Source: an uncultured Clostridia bacterium
Lineage (GTDB): Bacteria > Bacillota > Clostridia > Christensenellales > UBA1242
Length of the DNA: 64,000 bases
Direction: 5' to 3'
Assembly: GCA_944377365.1 (NCBI GenBank)
Contig: CALWEQ010000008.1
Location: forward strand, 1,480 to 65,479
Shown here: positions 56,929-64,000 of the stretch, piece after piece
How the letters are laid out: every line of letters begins with the position of its first letter
How positions within the stretch are numbered: the stretch's first letter is position 1
Notes under the pieces: generated by a model
What the model saw: only the letters and a program-made list of their open reading frames with translations
Told to the model about the DNA's origin: nothing
Database searches by the model: none
Made by a program: the position numbers and the translations under genes

Positions 56929-58899
56929 ATGAAAGATTTTAAATTGCATTCTCCATTTTCTCCATCGGGCGATCAACCGCAAGCGATAGACAAGCTTGTG
57001 GAGGGTTTTAATGAAGGACTAAAAGATCAAGTTTTGCTAGGGGTTACTGGAAGTGGCAAAACCTTTACAATGGCAAACATAATTCAAAAATTAAATCGGC
57101 CAACCTTAGTGATTGCGCACAATAAAATTTTGGCTGCACAATTGTGCAATGAGTTTCGTGAGTTTTTTCCTGAAAACCGCGTTGAATTTTTTGTTTCTTA
57201 TTATGATTATTATCAACCCGAAGCTTATATAGTCAGCACCGACACATATATAGAAAAAGATATGTCTATCAACGATGAAATTGACAAGTTGCGTTCTTCG
57301 GCAACTTCTTCCTTGTTGGAGAGGAGAGATACAATTGTGGTTGCATCGGTTTCCTGCATTTATGGTTTGGGAAGCCCAGAAGAATATTACAATTTGCACA
57401 TATCTCTTAGAAAAGGCGATTTGGTCGGTAGAGATGAAATTGTTCGAAAATTAATCGACATTCAATACACAAGAAACGAAATGGACTTTAAGCGTTCAAC
57501 TTTTCGAGCCAAAGGTGATGTGCTAGACATTTTCCCCGCCAACCAATCAGAGATGGCAATTAGAGTTCAATTTTTTGGTGATGAAATTGAAAAAATATAT
57601 GAATTTGAACCTGTTTCTGGCACGCTCATAAATGAAGTAAATTATGCTGCGATTTATCCTGCCACGCATTACGCGGTGGGGAGTGCAAGATTGCAACGTG
57701 CCATTGAACAGATAAGTGTTGATCGTGAAAAAGCAATAAAAAAGTTTGAAGAGCAAGGTAAACCGTTGGAAGCCGAAAGAATTGGACAAAGAGTCGCGTA
57801 TGATCTTGAAATGATGCGTGAACTTGGGTATTGCAGTGGAATTGAAAATTATTCACGTTATTTTGATGGACGCAAACCTGGCGAGCCACCTTTTACTTTA
57901 ATAGATTATTTTCCAAAAGATTTTTTGACAATCATCGACGAAAGCCACATGACGTTGCCTCAGATAAGGGCGATGTATAATGGAGATAAGGCGCGCAAGG
58001 CGAGTTTGGTTGATTATGGGTTTAGACTTGAAGCTGCCAAGGACAATCGTCCTTTAAAATTTGATGAGTTTAATGAAAGACTTGGTCAAACTTTGTATGT
58101 GTCTGCGACTCCTGCAAAATACGAACTTGAAAAGGCTGGACAAGTTGTTGAACAACTTTTAAGACCGACAGGGCTATTAGATCCTACCATAGAAGTGCGC
58201 CCATCTAAAAACCAAATAGATGACTTGATGACTGAAATAAAGGCGACAATATCACGTGGAAATCGTGTTTTAGTCACAACCTTGACAAAAAAAATGGCCG
58301 AAAGTTTAACAACATATTTGGGCGACAGAAAATTCAAAGTAAAATACTTGCATTCTGAGATTGACACTATGGAGCGTGTTGAAATAATCAATGGGCTGAG
58401 AAGTGGAGAATTTGATGTGCTTGTTGGAATAAACCTTCTGCGAGAAGGCTTGGATATGCCTGAGGTCGAACTTGTTGCCATTCTTGATGCTGACAAAGAA
58501 GGATTTTTAAGGTCTGAAGGTGCGCTTATTCAAACGGTTGGACGCGTCGCACGAAATCAAAACGGTCGAGCTATTATGTATGCGGATGAAATAACCGACT
58601 CAATGAAACGCGCGATCGATGAAACTGCAAGGCGAAGAAAAATTCAAGACGAATTTAATAAGGCGCATGGGATCGTGCCTAAAACTATCAAAAAGGATAT
58701 TAAAAACACCCTTGAAATAACCAAAAAAGTGGGAGAAGGCGAAATTGCGAAAAAGGATATACCAGCGGAGATAGAGCGTTTGACCTCTATGATGAAACTA
58801 GCTTCTAATTCGCTTGATTTTGAAAGGGCGATTGAACTTAGAAACAAAATACTTAGTTTAAAAAAGAAATTGGGGAAAAACAATAAAAACACGTTTTAA
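56929..58899 (+). CDS. uvrB: Excinuclease ABC subunit B
   Basis: [36 protein letters not shown]-terminal UVR domain. Confidence 0.98.
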   Translation: MKDFKLHSPFSPSGDQPQAIDKLVEGFNEGLKDQVLLGVTGSGKTFTMANIIQKLNRPTLVIAHNKILAAQLCNEFREFFPENRVEFFVSYYDYYQPEAYIVSTDTYIEKDMSINDEIDKLRSSATSSLLERRDTIVVASVSCIYGLGSPEEYYNLHISLRKGDLVGRDEIVRKLIDIQYTRNEMDFKRSTFRAKGDVLDIFPANQSEMAIRVQFFGDEIEKIYEFEPVSGTLINEVNYAAIYPATHYAVGSARLQRAIEQISVDREKAIKKFEEQGKPLEAERIGQRVAYDLEMMRELGYCSGIENYSRYFDGRKPGEPPFTLIDYFPKDFLTIIDESHMTLPQIRAMYNGDKARKASLVDYGFRLEAAKDNRPLKFDEFNERLGQTLYVSATPAKYELEKAGQVVEQLLRPTGLLDPTIEVRPSKNQIDDLMTEIKATISRGNRVLVTTLTKKMAESLTTYLGDRKFKVKYLHSEIDTMERVEIINGLRSGEFDVLVGINLLREGLDMPEVELVAILDADKEGFLRSEGALIQTVGRVARNQNGRAIMYADEITDSMKRAIDETARRRKIQDEFNKAHGIVPKTIKKDIKNTLEITKKVGEGEIAKKDIPAEIERLTSMMKLASNSLDFERAIELRNKILSLKKKLGKNNKNTF

Positions 58900-58948
58900 A
58901 ACATCTCTTTAAGTTTAAAAAAACATCATTTTGTGGTATAATTAAATC

Positions 58949-61783
58949 ATGGAAAAAGAAATAAAAATAATCGGAGCTAAGGAAAACAACCTTAAAAATA
59001 TAAATTTAACATTGCCACGAGACAAGCTCATAGTCTTCACAGGCGTTAGTGGGTCGGGGAAAACCTCTTTGGCTTTTGGGACAATCTATGCAGAAGGGCA
59101 AAGGCGCTATATTGAGAGTCTCTCTTCATATGCGCGTATGTTTTTAGGTCAAGCGCAAAAACCAGATGTTGAAGCTATCGAAGGACTTTCGCCATCTATT
59201 TCTATTGACCAAAAAACAACGAACCATAATCCTAGATCGACTGTTGGAACTGTAACTGAGATTTATGATTATCTTAGGTTGCTTTTTGCTCGCGTTGGAA
59301 CAACTTATTGCCCACATTGTCACAAAAAGATAGATCGACAAACTATCGATCAAATTGTCGACGCTGTTTTATCTCATGAAATGGGCACAAAAATAACGCT
59401 TCTCGCACCTGTTGTTCGAACGCAAAAGGGTGCATTTGCAAAACTTTTTGAAAACTTAAAGAAAAGCGGGTACGTCCGCGTTATTGTCGATGGAAATATG
59501 TGGACATTAGAAGAAGAGATAAATCTTGATAAAAATCTTAAACATGACATAAAAGTCGTGGTAGACAGATTGGTCATTAGAGAGGGAATAGAGGGCAGAC
59601 TAGCTGAAAGCTTGGAAGCTTGTTTGCGTCTTGCAGAGGGGCTCGCAATTGTCGATTTTAATGGCGAAGAGGAGCTTTTTTCAACAAATTATTCCTGCCC
59701 AACATGTGGCTGGTCATTAGAAGAGCTTTCGCCAAGGCTGTTTTCATTTAATGCCCCTTTTGGTGCTTGTCCAAATTGTTCAGGGCTTGGTGAAATAGCA
59801 GACATTGATGAAAGCTTGATATTAAAAAACTCTAATCTTTCTATAAGTCAGGGAGCTTTCAATTTGACGGGTTGGAGATACGAGCCAGAAAGTATGGCAA
59901 AGCGCTATTTTGATGCGCTTTCAAAAAAATATAATATTGCCCTAAATGTCCCTGTAAAAGATTTACCAAAAAATCATTTAAAAATTTTGTTATATGGAAA
60001 CAACGGTGAAAAACTCGATTTGTTTGAAGATGAATATCGAAACAAAACCGCTGAGCATTTTCGCGGAAGCAAAGTTTTGACATTTGAAGGTCTAATTCCA
60101 AATTTGAAACGAAGGCTTGCGGAAAGTAAAAGCGAATTTATTAGATTTGAAATTGGAAAATTTTTGACAAATCAAACTTGTAAGGTTTGTAATGGCAAAA
60201 GATTAAACGAAGCAGCACTTTCAGTTAAAATAGACAAAAAAGATATTATTGAACTTTGTGATATGCCTGTTAAAACTCTTTTACCGTATTTTGAAAACAT
60301 TAAGCTTAGTAGCGATAAAATGACTATTGCAGAAAGCATTTTAAAAGAAATAAAGGCTAGACTCAAGTTTTTGTCTGATGTTGGGTTAGAATACTTAACA
60401 TTATCACGTTCTGCTGAAACGCTTTCAGGTGGAGAGGCGCAACGTATTAGGCTTGCGACACAGATAGGGTCGGGGCTTGTCGGTGTGCTGTATATTTTGG
60501 ACGAGCCGTCGATTGGGCTACATCAGCGAGACAACGACAGATTGCTTGCAACATTAAAAAGATTGCGTGATTTAGGAAACACCTTGATTGTTGTTGAGCA
60601 TGATGAAGACACAATGCGTTCGGCAGATTGGATTGTTGACGTCGGACCGTATGCTGGTGTTCATGGTGGTGAGATTGTTGCAAATGGGCCGTTGAATGAA
60701 GTGTTAAAGAGTGAAAATTCTGTCACTGCAAGATTTTTGCGTGGTGACGAAAAAATTGATGTGCCTGACAAAAGAAGAACGCCAAGCGGATTTTTAAAAG
60801 TTTATGGCGCAGAGGAAAACAATTTAAAAAAATTAAACGTCAACATACCACTTGGGGTGATGTGTGCTGTCACAGGTGTTTCTGGAAGCGGAAAATCAAG
60901 CTTAGTTAATGAAGTAGTTTATCCTTATTTAGCTGGGAAATTAAATGGTAGTAGAATTGAACAAGGAAAAGTTGAAAAGATAGAGGGCGTCGAACAATTA
61001 GACAAAGTTATTTGCATAGATCAAGCTCCAATTGGGAGAACACCTCGTAGCAATCCCGCTACTTATACTGGGCTTTTCACTCCAATAAGAGAACTTTTTG
61101 CCTCCACAAAAGAAGCAAAAGAGAGGGGGTACTCTGCCAGCCGGTTCTCTTTCAATGTGAGAGGTGGAAGATGTGAGGCTTGTGATGGAGCGGGCGTTAA
61201 AGAAATAGAAATGTATTTCTTGCCAGATATAAATGTGCCGTGTGAAGTTTGCAAGGGAAAAAGATATAATCGCGAAACTTTGGAAGTGAAATACAAAGGT
61301 AAAACAATAACTGAAGTGTTAGACATGACTGTTGAAGAAGCTTTGGATTTTTTCCAAAACATTCCAAGCATTAAAAACAAATTACAGGCGCTTTTTGATG
61401 TAGGATTATCCTATATAAAATTGGGGCAACCAGCTACAACACTTTCAGGTGGAGAAGCACAGAGGGTAAAATTAGCCACGGAACTTTCTAAAAGAGAAAC
61501 TGGCAAAACTTTTTATATTTTAGATGAACCAACAACCGGTTTGCATATGTATGATGTAAAAAAATTGATATCTATACTCAATAGATTGGTAGAGAATGGC
61601 AACAGCGTTCTCGTAATTGAACATAATCTGGACGTTATTAAATCTGCTGATTATATTTTGGATCTTGGGCCAGAGGGAGGAGACGGCGGAGGCACTTTGG
61701 TCGCCGAAGGTTCACCTGAAGACGTGGCAAAAAATGAAAGGTCTTACACGGGTCAATTTTTGAAGAAGATGTTAAAACAGTGA
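58949..61783 (+). CDS. uvrA: Excinuclease ABC subunit A
   Basis: Two ABC domains (GVSGSGKT/S, LSGGEAQR, LDEP) and CxxC zinc fingers. Confidence 0.98.
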   Translation: MEKEIKIIGAKENNLKNINLTLPRDKLIVFTGVSGSGKTSLAFGTIYAEGQRRYIESLSSYARMFLGQAQKPDVEAIEGLSPSISIDQKTTNHNPRSTVGTVTEIYDYLRLLFARVGTTYCPHCHKKIDRQTIDQIVDAVLSHEMGTKITLLAPVVRTQKGAFAKLFENLKKSGYVRVIVDGNMWTLEEEINLDKNLKHDIKVVVDRLVIREGIEGRLAESLEACLRLAEGLAIVDFNGEEELFSTNYSCPTCGWSLEELSPRLFSFNAPFGACPNCSGLGEIADIDESLILKNSNLSISQGAFNLTGWRYEPESMAKRYFDALSKKYNIALNVPVKDLPKNHLKILLYGNNGEKLDLFEDEYRNKTAEHFRGSKVLTFEGLIPNLKRRLAESKSEFIRFEIGKFLTNQTCKVCNGKRLNEAALSVKIDKKDIIELCDMPVKTLLPYFENIKLSSDKMTIAESILKEIKARLKFLSDVGLEYLTLSRSAETLSGGEAQRIRLATQIGSGLVGVLYILDEPSIGLHQRDNDRLLATLKRLRDLGNTLIVVEHDEDTMRSADWIVDVGPYAGVHGGEIVANGPLNEVLKSENSVTARFLRGDEKIDVPDKRRTPSGFLKVYGAEENNLKKLNVNIPLGVMCAVTGVSGSGKSSLVNEVVYPYLAGKLNGSRIEQGKVEKIEGVEQLDKVICIDQAPIGRTPRSNPATYTGLFTPIRELFASTKEAKERGYSASRFSFNVRGGRCEACDGAGVKEIEMYFLPDINVPCEVCKGKRYNRETLEVKYKGKTITEVLDMTVEEALDFFQNIPSIKNKLQALFDVGLSYIKLGQPATTLSGGEAQRVKLATELSKRETGKTFYILDEPTTGLHMYDVKKLISILNRLVENGNSVLVIEHNLDVIKSADYILDLGPEGGDGGGTLVAEGSPEDVAKNERSYTGQFLKKMLKQ

Positions 61784-61863
61784 CGGCATGGCCTCCGCTA
61801 ACAGCGGAGGCGACGCTACTAAAGTAGCGTTGGCACTTTTTTTAAAAAAGTGCTTATGCCGTC
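61782..61863. other. Four-way-junction (cloverleaf) intergenic element overlapping the uvrA stop codon
   Basis: Closing stem gacggcat/atgccgtc encloses gcctccgct-aac-agcggaggc, acgctac-taaa-gtagcgt and gcacttttt-tta-aaaaagtgc. Confidence 0.8.
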
Positions 61864-61906
61864 CTGCATACTTGCAATTTTAAATAATAAGTGTTAAAAT
61901 ATCTCC

Positions 61907-62689
61907 ATGCGAATTATTAATTTATCATCTGGTAGCGATGGAAACATGACTTACTTGGAAAGTGAAAATGTCAAACTTTTAGTTGACATAGGCCTTTGTT
62001 GTGGCGAGGCAGAGAAACGCTTGTCAGCGATAGGGGTGAAGCCCTCAGAAATTGATGTTATTTTGGTAACGCACGAGCATAATGATCATATTAAAGGTAT
62101 TGATGCGTTTTCTTCAAAATATGATATACCTATCTTTGCACATCGTAACGTGTGGCAAAATATGAATTACAAGCTTAAAAAAACGCCTTCAAAAAACAGA
62201 AGATTTTATGAAACTGATGGATTTCGATTGAGAGATTTACAAGTAAAAGCAGTTGAACTTCCTCATGATGTGCCTTGTTATGGCTATGTTTTTGAAAATA
62301 ATGAAAAAAAAATAAGTATTTTAACTGATGTGGGACATACTAATGAGAGAATACTTAGTTGTATTCAGGGCAGTCAGCTTGTTTATATTGAAGCAAACTA
62401 TGACAAAGATCTATTAGTCGCCAATTTGAAATATCCTCCGGCATTGAAACGTAGAATTTCTTCTGGGCACGGCCATTTGTCAAACAAAGAAACGGCATTG
62501 ATGGTTCGAGCATTAGTGTCAACAGGCACACGGCAAATAGTTTTGTCACATCTGAGCAAAGAAAACAACTCACCGTCACTAGCTTACAATTACATATCAA
62601 ATTTTCTAAAAGAATATGGAATAATAGAAGGCGAGCATTTTAAAATGGATGTTGCAACAACTGAGATAGGAACAATGTTTAGGCTTTAA
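61907..62689 (+). CDS. Metallo-beta-lactamase-fold hydrolase, YycJ/WalJ-like
   Basis: SSGSDGN, LVDIG, THEHNDH, PHD, LTD.G, EANYD, GHLSN, HLS.ENN; upstream of htrA. Confidence 0.9.
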   Translation: MRIINLSSGSDGNMTYLESENVKLLVDIGLCCGEAEKRLSAIGVKPSEIDVILVTHEHNDHIKGIDAFSSKYDIPIFAHRNVWQNMNYKLKKTPSKNRRFYETDGFRLRDLQVKAVELPHDVPCYGYVFENNEKKISILTDVGHTNERILSCIQGSQLVYIEANYDKDLLVANLKYPPALKRRISSGHGHLSNKETALMVRALVSTGTRQIVLSHLSKENNSPSLAYNYISNFLKEYGIIEGEHFKMDVATTEIGTMFRL

Positions 62690-62715
62690 AACAAAACAGC
62701 TGATCATAAAGGAGT

Positions 62716-63732
62716 GTGAAAATGAAAAAGTTGTTTTGTTTTTTTATAACTGTTTGTTGTGCGTGTTCGACTGTTTGTTTAACGGCTTGCTCAAAGCCAG
62801 AAGAAGACAGTGTTGACATGCAAGTTCGTATGTTGTCAACATCAGACCTAGTTGACGCGGGTGAAATGTTGTCAAACGCCCGCGCTGCTGTGGTTGGAAT
62901 TTCTGTTGATTATCCTGACAGTTATTCAATAGGAAGTGGATTTGCTATTAGTGGAGACGGCCTAATTCTTACAAACAATCATGTTGTTGAAGGTGGTGGA
63001 GAAATCACATTATATTATGCGGACAAAACAATTGGCAGGGCAAAGATGTTGTGGGCAGATCCAGGATTGGATGTGGCTGTATTGCAGTCGGAAAGAGCTA
63101 TTCCTTATTTAGAAACAAACATAGATGGAGTTTCAATTGGGGAGCCAGTTTATGCACTTGGCACGCCTTTAACATTGGAATTTAAGCACACAATCACACA
63201 TGGCATAGTTAGTGCAACGAACAGAACACTTGAAAGCCAAAGTTTTTCAGGCGAATTGTCATTTATGCAATCGTTGATTCAGCACGATGCCGCAATTAAT
63301 CCTGGGAATTCAGGTGGTCCTTTGATAAACAGCAGTGGACAAGTTGTAGGCATAAACACGTTAAAAGCCACTGAAGGTGAGGGCATTGGTTTTGCAGTCC
63401 CTATAGAAATTGGCAAGATTGTTGTTGAAAAACTTTCAAAAAACTCAAATTACACATCTCCATATTTTGGTGTGTTTGGCTTTGATAGCGACATTGCTCT
63501 TGCTTATGGAGAAAAGCTTGACAAAAATGGTGTTTTTGTTGTGTCAGTTGATTCGCCTGCCGTCGATGCTGGAATATCTAAAGGAGATTTAATCATTAAA
63601 TTTGCGGGCAAAGAAATTGTCAATCTTTTAGACCTGAAAGAAGCTATATTAAGTTCAGAACAAGGGGAGGCCGTTTTAGTAGAATATATTAGAAACGGAG
63701 AAGTTAAACAATCTTTAGTGACCTTAAAGTAA
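62716..63732 (+). CDS. htrA: HtrA/DegP-like serine protease with PDZ domain (probable lipoprotein)
   Basis: GSGF, TNNHV, D.AVL, AINPGNSGGPL, C-terminal PDZ; LTAC lipobox. Confidence 0.9.
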   Translation: MKMKKLFCFFITVCCACSTVCLTACSKPEEDSVDMQVRMLSTSDLVDAGEMLSNARAAVVGISVDYPDSYSIGSGFAISGDGLILTNNHVVEGGGEITLYYADKTIGRAKMLWADPGLDVAVLQSERAIPYLETNIDGVSIGEPVYALGTPLTLEFKHTITHGIVSATNRTLESQSFSGELSFMQSLIQHDAAINPGNSGGPLINSSGQVVGINTLKATEGEGIGFAVPIEIGKIVVEKLSKNSNYTSPYFGVFGFDSDIALAYGEKLDKNGVFVVSVDSPAVDAGISKGDLIIKFAGKEIVNLLDLKEAILSSEQGEAVLVEYIRNGEVKQSLVTLK

Positions 63733-63961
63733 GGTAAGTGATGTAAAAATTTATCGACATAACTTTTTAAAATTCTAACAAATTTTCTATGCTTTCGCAC
63801 AGTATCACGAGTTTGAATAAACATCAGTTTCGCTTAAATGTCGATTTGCGTCACTTGACTAACCTACGATAATAAAATTTTCTTTTGGTATTGAAATTCT
63901 TTTTTAAGTATGATATAATAAATTAGTTAGTAAGCATCTACTTTGATGTGGAGGGGAAAGA

Positions 63962-64000
63962 ATGACAATATCAGATTTAATTTATGATCATTTCGCAGGT
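63962..64000 (+). CDS. Start of an unknown gene running off the right edge
   Basis: TTGAAA-17-TATAAT promoter (63891 onward), GGAGGG RBS, ATG: MTISDLIYDHFAG... Confidence 0.5.
   Translation, partial: MTISDLIYDHFAG

Noticed and set aside
58880-58935. LexA box upstream of uvrA
   Set aside because: AAAC-containing words are present but none has the GAAC-N4-GTTY geometry.
1752-63824. Numerous 60-155 aa ORFs antisense to or nested in long genes (e.g. 8123-8587, 15543-15905, 44459-44803, 58086-58496)
   Set aside because: Shadow frames of well-supported genes, with no RBS or recognisable motifs.

Overview
AT-rich chromosomal segment from a spore-forming Bacillota (Clostridia-like, probably an uncultured gut lineage; the taxonomy is inferred from gene content). 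The backbone is housekeeping, repair and sporulation genes: glmS, cysS, recD2, mscL, engB/yihA, spoVB-like, pth, mfd, prsA-like foldase, ywmB-like, spoIIQ-like, acpP, spoIIID, ttcA, uvrB, uvrA, walJ-like and htrA, plus tRNA-Arg(UCG) and tRNA-Leu(UAG). I saw no CRISPR array, prophage, integrase or transposase. Accessory or unusual content: (i) an 18.7-kb gene for a 6242-aa lipoprotein with repeated GLUG/beta-helix modules and a LexA-box-like palindrome inside its promoter; (ii) an orphan VirD4/TraG coupling protein with no other conjugation genes, plus two stand-alone signal-less orphan genes (one HopA1-like) that could be its substrates; (iii) four highly structured intergenic elements, two of them near-perfect four-way junctions and two sitting upstream of tRNAs with duplicated or antisense tRNA sequence; (iv) a 14-bp x8 tandem array upstream of two radC/JAB paralogues; (v) repeated leaderless gene starts; (vi) signs of remodelled cell-wall precursor genes (degenerate glmU, murA/spoIID/prs absent from their usual positions, glmS without a ribozyme and next to APH-type and zeta-type kinases); (vii) a divergent pair of membrane-anchored winged-helix paralogues. 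All family assignments come from motif recognition by eye; no database searches were run.
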